Shown here: positions 19,010 to 28,756 of the stretch, one piece after another
Layout of the letters: each line of letters starts with the position of its first letter
How positions within the stretch are numbered: position 1 is the stretch's first letter
Assembly (NCBI GenBank): GCA_017547205.1
Contig: JAFYQH010000057.1
Location: 3,794 to 67,793 of the forward strand
DNA length: 64,000 bases
From: Bacteroidaceae bacterium
Lineage (GTDB): Bacteria; Bacteroidota; Bacteroidia; Bacteroidales; Bacteroidaceae
Direction of reading: 5' to 3'
The notes under the pieces: generated by a model
Databases searched by the model: none
What the model saw: the letters and a program-made list of their open reading frames with translations, nothing else
Told to the model about the DNA's origin: nothing
Made by a program: the position numbers and the translations under genes

Positions 19010-21538
19010 ATGATCGAAAACGACAGAATTATTAAGGTCAATGTAGAGGAAGAGATGCGCTCTTCATATATTGACTACTCTATGTCGGTAATTGTGGCGC
19101 GAGCTTTGCCCGATGTGAGGGACGGATTGAAGCCTGTTCATCGCCGTATTCTCTATGGCATGATGGAACTTGGAAACACATCGGACAAACCATACAAGAA
19201 GTCGGCCCGTACTGTAGGTGACGTACTCGGTAAGTATCACCCTCACGGTGACTCATCGGTGTATGGTGCTTTGGTACGTATGGCCCAGGATTGGGTAATG
19301 CGTTATCCGCTCATTGACGGACAAGGAAACTTCGGTTCTATTGACGGTGACTCTCCCGCAGCGATGCGTTATACCGAGGCCCGTCTGCACAAGATTGGCG
19401 AGGAACTTGCTCAGGACCTCTATAAGGAGACTGTGGACTTCCAGCCCAACTACAACGACGAATTTGTTGAGCCTACGGTAATGCCGACACGAATACCCAA
19501 TCTGCTTGTAAACGGTTCGTCCGGTATAGCAGTGGGTATGGCTACAAATATCCCTACACATAACCTGAATGAGGTTCTTGATGCATGCGTGGCATATATC
19601 GACAATCCGGATATTGATACCGACGGTCTGATGGAGCATGTGAAGGCTCCCGATTTCCCTACTGGATGTGACATCTTCGGCCTTAACGGTGTACGCGAAG
19701 CTTACGAGACCGGTCGTGGTCGTGTAATAATGCGCGCCGTTGCCGAAATCGAGTCGGGTACACACGACAAGATTGTCGTGACTGCAATTCCTTATAATGT
19801 AAATAAGGAGGAGCTTATCAAGGACATTGCTTCAATGGTCAATGAGAAGAAGATCGACGGAATCTCAAACATCAACGACGAATCCGACCAGTCAGGTATG
19901 CGTATCGTCATAGACGTGAAGCGCGACGCCAATGCCAACGTAATTCTCAATAAACTCTACAAGATGAGTTCGTTGCAGACATCGTTCAGCGTCAACTGTA
20001 TCGCACTTGTCGGTGGCCGTCCGAAGCTTCTTTCATTGAAAGAGTGCATCGGTTGTTTCGTTGAGCACCGTCACGAGGTTGTCATACGCCGTACAAAGTA
20101 CGAGTTGCGCAAGGCCGAGGAGCGTGCACATATTGTAGAGGGACTCATCATTGCATCGGACAATATCGATGAAGTGGTACGTCTTATCAAGGCTGCCAAG
20201 TCCCCCGCCGATGCAAGGTTGGCTCTTATCGAGCGTTTCAACCTCACTGAGGTCCAGGCTGCTGCAATCGTGGAGATGCGTCTTGCACAGCTCACCGGTA
20301 TCCAGCAGGACAAACTGCATGCCGAGTACGAGGAACTCATGCGCAAGATCGAATACTACAATGCAATCCTTACCGATGAGGAACTTTGCAAGAAGGTCAT
20401 CAAGGACGAGCTGTACGAGATCAAGGAGAAGTATGGCGACGAGCGCCGTTGCAAGATTGACTACAGTGCATCGAGCGATTTCAACCCCGAGGACTTCTAT
20501 GCCGATGACGAGATGGTCATTACAATTTCGCATATGGGCTACATCAAGCGTACTCCTCTTACCGAGTACCGCAGCCAGAACCGTGGCGGTGTAGGCTCGA
20601 AGGGCAGTGATACACGCGACAGTGACTTCATCGAGTATATATATACTGCGACCATGCACAACACCATGCTGTTCTTCACACAGCGCGGAAAGTGTTACTG
20701 GCTCAAGGTTTATGAGATACCCGAAGGCAACAAGAATTCAAAGGGGCGTGCCATACAGAACATGCTCAACATTGATGCCGACGATGCTGTCAATGCATTC
20801 GTGCGTGTGAAGACTCTTGCCGACAAGAACTTTATCGAGAGCCACAACATTGTATTCTGTACCAAGAACGGTATCATCAAGAAGACAAGTCTTGAGCAGT
20901 ATTCACGCCCGCGTACCAATGGAATCATTGCAATCACCATCCGTGAGGACGACCGCGTGATTTCAGTTGCGCTCACCGATGGCGACAGCGACATTATCCT
21001 TGCGAACCGAGGCGGTAAGGCTGTACGTTTCAACGAGAGCACCGTGCGCGCCATGGGCCGTACTGCAACCGGTGTAAAGGGTATGGACATTGCCGATGAC
21101 GATGAGGTAGTAGGTATGGTAGTCCTTCCCAAGAAGGATGACGTGGAGCACAGTCTCCTTGTTCTTTCGGAGCAGGGTTACGGCAAGCGTTCGGCAACTG
21201 ATGATTATCCTACAGTAAGTCGCGGATGCAAGGGTGTTAAGACACTTCAGGTAACCGAGAAGACTGGAAATCTTGTTGCAATCATGGATGTGAACAACGA
21301 CAATGACCTTATGATCATCAACAAGTCGGGTATCACTATACGTACATCGGTCGACCAGATTCCAGTGCAGGGACGTGCAACACAGGGTGTACGCATAATA
21401 AATCTCGGCAAGAAGAACGACTGCATCGGTTCTGTATGCAAGGTAACACGCGAAGAGGAAGAACTTCCGCAGGATGCAGATGTTGCAGGCGCAGAGCAGG
21501 TCGCAGAACAGCAAACGGAGAATACAGCCAATGAATAA
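19010..21538 (+). CDS. gyrA: DNA gyrase subunit A
   Basis: 842 aa. Contains ...[19 protein letters not shown]...[20 protein letters not shown]...[10 protein letters not shown] (active-site Tyr), followed by C-terminal beta-pinwheel repeats and an acidic tail. Confidence 0.97.
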   Translation: MIENDRIIKVNVEEEMRSSYIDYSMSVIVARALPDVRDGLKPVHRRILYGMMELGNTSDKPYKKSARTVGDVLGKYHPHGDSSVYGALVRMAQDWVMRYPLIDGQGNFGSIDGDSPAAMRYTEARLHKIGEELAQDLYKETVDFQPNYNDEFVEPTVMPTRIPNLLVNGSSGIAVGMATNIPTHNLNEVLDACVAYIDNPDIDTDGLMEHVKAPDFPTGCDIFGLNGVREAYETGRGRVIMRAVAEIESGTHDKIVVTAIPYNVNKEELIKDIASMVNEKKIDGISNINDESDQSGMRIVIDVKRDANANVILNKLYKMSSLQTSFSVNCIALVGGRPKLLSLKECIGCFVEHRHEVVIRRTKYELRKAEERAHIVEGLIIASDNIDEVVRLIKAAKSPADARLALIERFNLTEVQAAAIVEMRLAQLTGIQQDKLHAEYEELMRKIEYYNAILTDEELCKKVIKDELYEIKEKYGDERRCKIDYSASSDFNPEDFYADDEMVITISHMGYIKRTPLTEYRSQNRGGVGSKGSDTRDSDFIEYIYTATMHNTMLFFTQRGKCYWLKVYEIPEGNKNSKGRAIQNMLNIDADDAVNAFVRVKTLADKNFIESHNIVFCTKNGIIKKTSLEQYSRPRTNGIIAITIREDDRVISVALTDGDSDIILANRGGKAVRFNESTVRAMGRTATGVKGMDIADDDEVVGMVVLPKKDDVEHSLLVLSEQGYGKRSATDDYPTVSRGCKGVKTLQVTEKTGNLVAIMDVNNDNDLMIINKSGITIRTSVDQIPVQGRATQGVRIINLGKKNDCIGSVCKVTREEEELPQDADVAGAEQVAEQQTENTANE

Positions 21539-21565
21539 AACATAACAATTTAAAAATAGATTAAT

Positions 21566-22852
21566 ATGAAAAAAACATTATTATCTTTAGCTATGGTTCT
21601 TGCAGCGACTTTCGCATTCGGTCAGGAACTCACAAAAGAGCAATTGAAACAACAGAAGAAGGAAATAAAGGCTCTAATGGGTGTTGTCAGTGATGCAGAA
21701 ACAAATATAAGCAAGGATCCCGAAGCTGCAGCTGCGGCTGTGAAGACAGCACTCAAGAGTCCTTTGGTAAACAAGGATGCATACGTTTGGTATGTAAGTG
21801 CAAGTGCCAAGGTCGGTGTTATGAACAACGAGAACCGCAAGCGTGCCGAGGGTGCTCCGTTCGATGAGGAGAAGTTGTACAACTATACATTCGAATTCGG
21901 TAATGATATTGCCGAGTGTGACAAGTATGACAACGTGCCCGATGCAAAGGGAAAAATCAAGCCCCGTTATACTGATTTCATAAATATGTCCTATGGCCAG
22001 CAGTTCGGTCAGTTCTACAATGCAGGTGCATACTACTATGGCCAGGAGAACTATGAGAAGGCTTACTACCTGTTCAAGATGTTCATCGACGCATCGGACA
22101 AGCTCTATAAGGCCGGAATCATCGGTAAGGATACCATCAATGTTCCTGTCGCCGCCTATAACATGTCTCTTTGCGGTATGCAGATAAAGAACTACGACAT
22201 GGTTCTGTCACATGTTGATATGGCTATGGCTCACCCCGATTTTGCATCATCTGCATTCCGTTATAAGACTGCAGCATATCTTGAGAAAGGTGACACCGCA
22301 ACATGGCTCAACCTTTGCAAGGAAGGAACTGTAAAGTATCCGAAGGATGCATATTTCAACCAGGCGCTTATCCAGTACTATGACAACAAGGGAGAGAATG
22401 ACAAACTCGACGCTTTGGCTGACGAACTCATTGCAAGCGATCCCCAGAATCCTCTTTTCGTATATCTCAAGGGTTATATCGCACAGAGCAAATATGAGCG
22501 CAAGGAACAGAAAGAGCAGCTCGATGTAGCCATCGAGTGGTACAAGAAGACCCTTGATGTTGATGGTAGCTACGAGACTGCACTTGCAAACCTCGGCCGT
22601 TGCTACTTGCTCAAAGCTCAGGCATACAGTAATGAGCAGTCATCAACAAAGATTACTGACAAGAAGAAGTTGGCAAAGGACAAGGAGGTACTGAGTGGCT
22701 TCTACAATCAGGCTCTTCCCCTATACGAGAAACTCCGTTCAATCGTTCCCGACAAGAAAGAGTACTGGTTCAACGGACTCATGAACTGCTACTACAACCT
22801 CAATATGGAGGATAAGGTTGCAGAACTTGAGAAGCTCATGCCGGAGGAATAA
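21566..22852 (+). CDS. Secreted TPR-like repeat protein
   Basis: Has a signal peptide and helical repeat segments rich in Y/A/L/K (YEKAYYLFKMF..., AIEWYKKTLDVDGSYETALANLGRCY). It lies 27 nt after gyrA. Confidence 0.6.
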   Translation: MKKTLLSLAMVLAATFAFGQELTKEQLKQQKKEIKALMGVVSDAETNISKDPEAAAAAVKTALKSPLVNKDAYVWYVSASAKVGVMNNENRKRAEGAPFDEEKLYNYTFEFGNDIAECDKYDNVPDAKGKIKPRYTDFINMSYGQQFGQFYNAGAYYYGQENYEKAYYLFKMFIDASDKLYKAGIIGKDTINVPVAAYNMSLCGMQIKNYDMVLSHVDMAMAHPDFASSAFRYKTAAYLEKGDTATWLNLCKEGTVKYPKDAYFNQALIQYYDNKGENDKLDALADELIASDPQNPLFVYLKGYIAQSKYERKEQKEQLDVAIEWYKKTLDVDGSYETALANLGRCYLLKAQAYSNEQSSTKITDKKKLAKDKEVLSGFYNQALPLYEKLRSIVPDKKEYWFNGLMNCYYNLNMEDKVAELEKLMPEE

Positions 22853-22870
22853 TCCCCTGTAATACCATAT

Positions 22871-22909
22871 ACCAAAAAAAGGAACTTCATTGAAGTTCCT
22901 TTTTTTGGT
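22871..22909. terminator. Bidirectional rho-independent terminator
   Basis: accaaaaaaaggaacttca-t-tgaagttcctttttttggt, between convergent genes. Confidence 0.85.
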
Positions 22910-22930
22910 ATATAATGTTGTTATGTTGTT

Positions 22931-24133
22931 TTACTGGTTTACCCGTCCTGGGTACTGCTCAAGCGCTTTCCCTAGAAGGAATATAGCACGCTTGAGGTCG
23001 GCTTTGTCAATGGCATAGGCTATGCGCACTTCGTTCTTGCCGTAACCTTCCTCGCTGTAGAATCCCGACGCAGGAGCCATCATTATGGTTTCGCCTTCGT
23101 ATTCAAAATCAGTAAGACACCATTCACAGAACCTGTCGCTGTTATCAATAGGCAAGCGTGCCACGGTGTAGAAGGCACCCATCGGGATAGGGGAGTAGAC
23201 TCCCGGCAATTTATTCAGTTCATCAACCAGGCAATTACGGCGTTCAATATATTGCTCATAGGTGTTTATTGCATATGAACGTGGTGCATCGATAGATGCC
23301 TCAGCAACAATTTGGCCCAGCAATGGTGGACTCAGTCGTGCCTGGCAGAACTTCATGACAGCCTCGCGTACAGCCTTGTTCTTTGTGATAAGCGCACCTA
23401 TGCGTATTCCGCATTCCGAATAACGTTTTGATACAGAGTCGATAAGAACGACGTTCTCCTCAATCCCTTCCAAGTGGCAAGCCGATATGTACGGTGAACC
23501 GGTATATATGAATTCGCGGTAAACTTCATCTGAGAAGAGGAAAAGATTATGCTTCTTGACAAGGTCGCGTATTCGGTTCATCTCGTTGCGCGTATAAAGA
23601 TACCCGGTAGGGTTGTTCGGGTTACATATGAGTATGCCACGTGTACGCTCGTTTATGAGTTCCTCGAAGCGCTCCATAGGGGGCAGTGCGAAGGACTCGT
23701 CAATCGAAGAACGTATAGGACGTATTACTGCACCTGCAGATATTGCGAATGCCATATAGTTTGCATACGCTGGTTCAGGCACGATAATCTCGTCTCCTGG
23801 GTTAAGGCAAGTGAGGAATGCGAATAGAACGGCTTCGGAACCTCCCGATGTGACAATAATATCCTCGGGCTTCAGTTTTATCTGGTACTGGTCGTAGTAA
23901 CCGACAAGTTTCTCACGCAGTGAAAGGAAACCGTCACTTGGGCTGTATTCAAGAATTTTTTGGTCAAATTTCTTTATTGCTTCAATAGCAACCTCCGGCG
24001 AATCTAAATCCGGTTGGCCAATGTTGAGATGATAAACCTTCAATCCGCGTTCTTTTGCAGCATTGGCAAAAGGAGCCAGCTTGCGTATAGGAGAGGAAGG
24101 CATCAGAACAGCTCTTTCCGATAAATTTGGCAT
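22931..24133 (-). CDS. Class I/II PLP-dependent aminotransferase (aspartate/aromatic type)
   Basis: 400 aa. Contains MPSSPIRKLAPFANAAKERGLKVYHLNIGQPD...NPNNPTG...SVSKRYSECGIRIG (the PLP-Lys context). Confidence 0.85.
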   Translation of the reverse strand: MPNLSERAVLMPSSPIRKLAPFANAAKERGLKVYHLNIGQPDLDSPEVAIEAIKKFDQKILEYSPSDGFLSLREKLVGYYDQYQIKLKPEDIIVTSGGSEAVLFAFLTCLNPGDEIIVPEPAYANYMAFAISAGAVIRPIRSSIDESFALPPMERFEELINERTRGILICNPNNPTGYLYTRNEMNRIRDLVKKHNLFLFSDEVYREFIYTGSPYISACHLEGIEENVVLIDSVSKRYSECGIRIGALITKNKAVREAVMKFCQARLSPPLLGQIVAEASIDAPRSYAINTYEQYIERRNCLVDELNKLPGVYSPIPMGAFYTVARLPIDNSDRFCEWCLTDFEYEGETIMMAPASGFYSEEGYGKNEVRIAYAIDKADLKRAIFLLGKALEQYPGRVNQ

Positions 24134-24159
24134 AATGTTTTTTTCTTCAATTCAGTTTG

Positions 24160-24167
24160 CAAAATTA
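24160..24167 (-). promoter_or_regulatory. -7 promoter box (TAATTTTG on the minus strand) for the aminotransferase gene
   Basis: The reverse complement of caaaatta lies 27 nt upstream of the ATG at 24133. Confidence 0.4.
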
Positions 24168-24192
24168 CTTAAAATGACTGATATTTCAACCA

Positions 24193-24229
24193 TAATGATA
24201 AAAGATTATCTTTAATGATAAAACGATTA
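24193..24229. promoter_or_regulatory. Direct repeat pair in the divergent promoter region (candidate regulator-binding site)
   Basis: taatgataaaagatta (24193-24208) and taatgataaaacgatta (24213-24229), phased 20 bp apart. Confidence 0.3.
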
Positions 24230-24282
24230 GGAACACTTTTAAATGTTTTTTGGCAAATTGTCCTTTTTTACAATATTTTATC

Positions 24283-24290
24283 TATATTTG
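24283..24290 (+). promoter_or_regulatory. -7 promoter box (TATATTTG) for the tubulin-like cassette
   Basis: An exact TAnnTTTG match 62 nt upstream of the ATG at 24352. It is followed by the hairpin aattccg-gttgt-cggaatt (24292-24310). Confidence 0.45.
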
Positions 24291-24351
24291 CAATTCCGGT
24301 TGTCGGAATTTAATCTTCTGTGTTAGCAAAAACAAAAATTAAACATAAACT

Positions 24352-24975
24352 ATGAATGTACTTTGGGAAATACTCCAATTTTCAATAGGTAGCCTCTTTT
24401 GGGGAATATTTATCGCTGCAGTCTGCATGTTGCTTTTTTATTTTGCGATTAAAGGCTGGTGGAAGAATGCTGCTTTCACAGTCGTTACGTACATTGTAGG
24501 TGCATTGCTTTTTGTCCTGTTGTCTGTACAATGCATTATGATTTGCGGAGCTATAAAGATAATCTCTTTTACAGATGTCGTAGAGTACAGGACCAAAGAG
24601 ATTCTGGATTCGCGTCACATGTTCAATGTCGAGGTGTCGAGATCGGAAAGCGAAGACATAGTACAGGAATTGCTTGAAGAGTATCCCATATTCAGGAACT
24701 ATTTCGATTACGGATACTTCGAGGGCTATACGGTTGAGACACTTCCGACTGCAGTTGGTGAAGAGATACGCAGTTACTTGCGTGCGTTCATTGCGCGCCG
24801 TTTGCTTTGGTGTCTGGGATTTGTGGTAGTATCAGCAGTTATAGCAATTAAAACAATTTCGCTAAATAACGGTTCCGGTGGCCGTACCCGTGAACGTTCC
24901 GGGAGGCAGCCAATAGGCAGTGACCGTTCACGACCTCGTATAAGTGGTCATTCACGTACAAGAGGAATGAGATAA
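24352..24975 (+). CDS. Integral membrane protein (3 predicted TM helices) with an Arg-rich C-terminal tail. Cassette gene 1.
   Basis: TM candidates are SLFWGIFIAAVCMLLFYFAI, FTVVTYIVGALLFVLLSVQCIMICGAI and LLWCLGFVVVSAVIAI. The tail is GGRTRERSGRQPIGSDRSRPRISGHSRTRGMR. I recognise no family. Confidence 0.7.
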   Translation: MNVLWEILQFSIGSLFWGIFIAAVCMLLFYFAIKGWWKNAAFTVVTYIVGALLFVLLSVQCIMICGAIKIISFTDVVEYRTKEILDSRHMFNVEVSRSESEDIVQELLEEYPIFRNYFDYGYFEGYTVETLPTAVGEEIRSYLRAFIARRLLWCLGFVVVSAVIAIKTISLNNGSGGRTRERSGRQPIGSDRSRPRISGHSRTRGMR

Positions 24976-25001
24976 ATTAATTAAATATAAAACAACTTAT
25001 T

Positions 25002-28000
25002 ATGGAAACAAATTTTGTTAACGGCAATCACATCCTCGTTGGTTTAGGAGGTACCGGCGGTAAGATTCTGCGTGCGTTCAAGATGCGCATGTTCGAAGAG
25101 TTCCCAACTGCTGATGATCGCAAAAAGCTTCCGGTAGCTTTGTTGTATGTCGATTCTACCGACGAGATGATGCCTAAGGACGGCAGAGCCCGTCCCGATT
25201 TTCGTGTAATGGGACAAGACGCTTCGTTTACAAATAACGAGTTCCTGAATATCAAGGCAGTAGATGTTGAACACATACTTGACCATATCAACAACTATCC
25301 TTCGGTAAAAGGTATCGTTGACAATGTTCAGGCTGTACGCTCGGCAATTGGCTCTTTAGGCCAGGCTGCAGGACAGAAACGTCGTGCCGGCCGTCTCTTG
25401 TTTGCGGCAAATGCCGTAGGGTATGTAAACAGCCTTAAGGATGCCTATGCACGTTGCGAGGTAATTTCTACGAATGCCGAAAAGACCTATATACATATTT
25501 TTGCCGGCCTTTGCGGAGGAACCGGTTCGGGTTCTGTTGTGGATGTTATTCTACAGACACGTAAGACATTCCCCAATGCTAAGATTTCTGTCTATGCAAT
25601 GATTCCGGAGATGAACCTTCCTAAAGCGGATATGGACCAGGGCCGTTACTACCAGAACGGTTATGCGGCAATGAACGAGTTGAACGCTTTGCAGGTTGGC
25701 CGCTGGGTGCCTTGCGATGTAACAGGCGGAGGTCCTGCAAACCTGTATAACGACCGTGTCAAGGGTGTTGCCGACGGTTTGACTATCTACAGCAATGTAA
25801 ATGAGAATGGTCTCACTATAAATTCACTCGAAGAACTGCCGAAGATTGTAAGCGACTATATGTTTGCCCGTATATTCTTCATAAACGAAGAGGACCAGGT
25901 TAACGGTGATATTATTCGTTCTTACAATTTCGAGAATATGGACGATTTCGCATTGGAATATGACGAGGCTGCAAATGCAGGCCCAGATGGCCGTATTCCT
26001 GTGGCACGTACCAAGAAAATCAATTCATTCGGTATCAAGCGAGTGATGTATCCCGAACTCCGAGTGCTCAAGCACATCACATATACTATAGGCGAGAGCA
26101 TATTGTACCAGTTCAAATACAACAACTGGCGCGAGAACCTCGGATATGTTGACGAGGAGCGCAACAAGGACTATCGCAAAGAGTATTTCAATAAGGAGAA
26201 CCTTGCGAAATGGATGCTCGATGACCAGCATCTGACAATGGAGGTAAAGGTACTTGAATCCGATGCCGATTACCCAGGCTTCAACGACTATTGGCATGAC
26301 AAGGCTATCGGCTATGCCGAAGACGCCAAGAAGGCCGACTGTCCGCTCAACGAACTCGACACCATAATGGGTGAGTTCTATAGCAAGCATTTCCGCGAGG
26401 AGGGTGTTGAGGCATTCTTCCAGGGCAAGGAGAGGGTGATTCCCGAAATTGCACGTGAGATACGCCATGGCATAGAGGTAGAGCTATTCGAGAAATGGAA
26501 GCTAGGCGATGTTTCTATCGTTGAACTGCAGAAGGTTTCAAAACTCTTGCTTGAGCGTTTGGGAGAGATGCGCGAGGAACTCGAAACAAAAGAAAAAGAG
26601 GAGAAGCTCAATTATGATGCCTGCGAAGAGGACCGCAAGGCGAATGTCGAGGAGTGGAGCCGCTTGGGCATATTGCAGCGTATGGTTGGTGTTGGTGCAC
26701 GCCGTTATGCCGACCATCAAGGTATTCTCACCGACTATTACACCTCAAAGACAATGCTTTGTGCTTGGGAGTTCGCTAAGAAACTCTTGGCAAAAGTATT
26801 TGTAGAGATAGGCAAGATGGATGCCGACATATCTTCTTTCGGACAGAAGATAAACGAGGCTATCGATGAGACTGAGCGTTTGGTTACAGCACAGAAGAAG
26901 GTGAACAAGGGACTTGAGGATATGAAGGGTGCGATAATCGAAGTCAGCGAAGAGGAGGCTATGAGCGAGTTCGAGAAGGAACTCAAGATAGACAAGGTCG
27001 ATATGCCGAACATTGCCCGTCAGTTGCGTGAGTCTATTTTGCCTATCGGTGACTTTATCAATTTCGGTAATTTGGCAAACAGCATAAGCATCGATGACAT
27101 TAAGGATGCATTTGATGTGAAATTGTCCGAGATTGTAAAAATCAAGCACGACGAGAAGGCCGATAGCGATAGCAAGGTGCTGGGCTTGAATATTCTTACA
27201 CAGTTGCAGCAGAAGCTGAAGACAGATGATGATATAAAGGCTTTTGCTTCCAAGATTGTAAGTCAGAGTGGTGTATATCTGCGTTTGAACAACGACCAGA
27301 TTCAGTTGCATCTACGCAATAATGAGGGTAACCTCAGCCCTACAAACCCGGCAAGCATAAACAAGAAGGCTATTCTTGTCTCTATTCCGTCACCCGATGA
27401 GAATGAGGGTCTAAAGAAATTTGCCGATAAGCTTGAGGCTGCATTCAAGAACTCATTCAACCAGAGTACAGCCCGCACAACAATAACTGTTAACCGAAAG
27501 AGTCCACGTAAGGACGAACTTTCGATTATCACAGTATCATACTGTTTCCCGGTGCGTGGAATAGAATGGATGGTTCCTTATAGAGAGCGTTACAACAGAT
27601 TCCTGAATACAGGCAATCCTGCTACAGACAGGAGCAATGCCATTCTGTTGCACAGCGAAGGCGATGGAACTCAGTTGCCGTCACTCTTTGCTGTAGATAA
27701 CGCCGAAGAGATTGCTGCTAAGGCTGCGCAGGCAACAATGCAGACGGGCGTAAATGTACAACAACCTACAACCGGATTTGCGGCACCTCCACCAATGCCG
27801 GGTAATGCACCGGTTCCTCCTCCTGTTGCAGCTCCTATGCCTGATATAAAACTATTTATAGCAGTAGGCGGTCAGCAGTACGGTCCTTACAATATGGAAC
27901 AGTGCAGGCAGATGGTGCAGGGTGGTCAGTTGACAGCTCAAAGTACTGTTTGGATGGAGGGAATGCCATCTTGGACTCCTGCAGGCCAGGTTCCGGCTTT

Positions 28001-28088
28001 GCAGGCATTGTTTGCCCCCCCGGCTGCGGCACCAGGTTTGCCTCCGTTGCCTCCTATGGGTGGTCCGACACCTCCGCCAATGATGTGA
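25002..28088 (+). CDS. Giant tubulin/FtsZ-superfamily GTPase (Tubulin_2-like) with coiled-coil, Pro-rich and GYF_2-like C-terminal modules. Cassette gene 2.
   Basis: HILVGLGGTGGKIL (aa 10-23) is a T1-like Gly loop. FAGLCGGTGSGSVVDV (aa 167-182, nt 25515-25535) carries the exact GGTGSG tubulin signature core. A charged helical region spans roughly aa 500-720. PPPMPGNAPVPPPVAAPMP is followed by KLFIAVGGQQYGPYNMEQCRQMVQGGQLTAQSTVWMEGMPSWTPAGQVPALQALF (nt ~27849-28013, GYF_2-like). The protein ends in the tail PGLPPLPPMGGPTPPPMM. Confidence 0.75.
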   Translation: METNFVNGNHILVGLGGTGGKILRAFKMRMFEEFPTADDRKKLPVALLYVDSTDEMMPKDGRARPDFRVMGQDASFTNNEFLNIKAVDVEHILDHINNYPSVKGIVDNVQAVRSAIGSLGQAAGQKRRAGRLLFAANAVGYVNSLKDAYARCEVISTNAEKTYIHIFAGLCGGTGSGSVVDVILQTRKTFPNAKISVYAMIPEMNLPKADMDQGRYYQNGYAAMNELNALQVGRWVPCDVTGGGPANLYNDRVKGVADGLTIYSNVNENGLTINSLEELPKIVSDYMFARIFFINEEDQVNGDIIRSYNFENMDDFALEYDEAANAGPDGRIPVARTKKINSFGIKRVMYPELRVLKHITYTIGESILYQFKYNNWRENLGYVDEERNKDYRKEYFNKENLAKWMLDDQHLTMEVKVLESDADYPGFNDYWHDKAIGYAEDAKKADCPLNELDTIMGEFYSKHFREEGVEAFFQGKERVIPEIAREIRHGIEVELFEKWKLGDVSIVELQKVSKLLLERLGEMREELETKEKEEKLNYDACEEDRKANVEEWSRLGILQRMVGVGARRYADHQGILTDYYTSKTMLCAWEFAKKLLAKVFVEIGKMDADISSFGQKINEAIDETERLVTAQKKVNKGLEDMKGAIIEVSEEEAMSEFEKELKIDKVDMPNIARQLRESILPIGDFINFGNLANSISIDDIKDAFDVKLSEIVKIKHDEKADSDSKVLGLNILTQLQQKLKTDDDIKAFASKIVSQSGVYLRLNNDQIQLHLRNNEGNLSPTNPASINKKAILVSIPSPDENEGLKKFADKLEAAFKNSFNQSTARTTITVNRKSPRKDELSIITVSYCFPVRGIEWMVPYRERYNRFLNTGNPATDRSNAILLHSEGDGTQLPSLFAVDNAEEIAAKAAQATMQTGVNVQQPTTGFAAPPPMPGNAPVPPPVAAPMPDIKLFIAVGGQQYGPYNMEQCRQMVQGGQLTAQSTVWMEGMPSWTPAGQVPALQALFAPPAAAPGLPPLPPMGGPTPPPMM

Positions 28089-28127
28089 TAATAAGATTTT
28101 AGATAACAATTCAAATAAGAAATAAAA

Positions 28128-28751
28128 ATGGCAAGTAACAGTAACGATAGAATTCGTTTCAGATATGGAATGTGTTTGAACGATGGTTGTTCAAAAGCAA
28201 AGGCAAAAGAGGTGCAGCAGATTCCGGCACGTAAGGAATTTGTTTGTGCCGAGTGTGGAAAGGCATTGCGCGAATGCCCTCCTCCCCCAAAAGGTGGCAA
28301 TACAAAGTTAATAATAGCGATTGTAGCCATTATTGCAGTATTGGCGGGTGGAGCTGCATTATGGTATATGACTTCAGAAAAACCGACACAAACGACAACA
28401 CATGCTGGAGAGGGTGGTGGAAAATCGGATACTACTATAGTAGCAGATACTTTAACTCAGAAGCCACAAACACCTGCTAAAGATGGTGGCAAGAAGAAGG
28501 CTCCCGTTGTTAATCAGGTTGTTACTAAGGATTTTGGCTATGCAGTTTACAAAGGCCGCATGAAGAACGGTAAGATGCACGACGATAATGGCGTGCTTAC
28601 ATTCAAGAAGGCACACATTATAGAGCCACGTGATATCAAACAGCGTACAGCGCAGCCTGGCGAAAGAGTTACCGGAATTTTTGAGGACGGACACCTTGTA
28701 ACAGGTACCTGGCATAAAAATGATGGCAACAAAGAATCAATAATTCCCTAA
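28128..28751 (+). CDS. Zn-ribbon / PPPP motif / single TM / MORN-like repeat protein. Cassette gene 3.
   Basis: The segment CLNDGC...(19 aa)...CAECG forms a 4-Cys ribbon. It is followed by ECPPPPKGG (nt 28278-28298) and the TM helix LIIAIVAIIAVLAGGAALWYM. The C-terminus has YKGRMKNGKMHDDNGVLTF and GIFEDGHLVTGTWHKNDG, which are MORN-like. Confidence 0.65.
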   Translation: MASNSNDRIRFRYGMCLNDGCSKAKAKEVQQIPARKEFVCAECGKALRECPPPPKGGNTKLIIAIVAIIAVLAGGAALWYMTSEKPTQTTTHAGEGGGKSDTTIVADTLTQKPQTPAKDGGKKKAPVVNQVVTKDFGYAVYKGRMKNGKMHDDNGVLTFKKAHIIEPRDIKQRTAQPGERVTGIFEDGHLVTGTWHKNDGNKESIIP

Positions 28752-28756
28752 CACTT

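Noticed and set aside
19238-19282. The GyrA QRDR reads [15 protein letters not shown], with Gly at the position equivalent to E. coli Asp87. This raised the possibility of a quinolone-resistance allele.
   Set aside because: The key Ser (Ser82 here, equivalent to E. coli Ser83) is wild type. As far as I recall, Bacteroidales GyrA proteins do not conserve Asp at the 87-equivalent position. Without a lineage baseline this cannot be called a resistance mutation.
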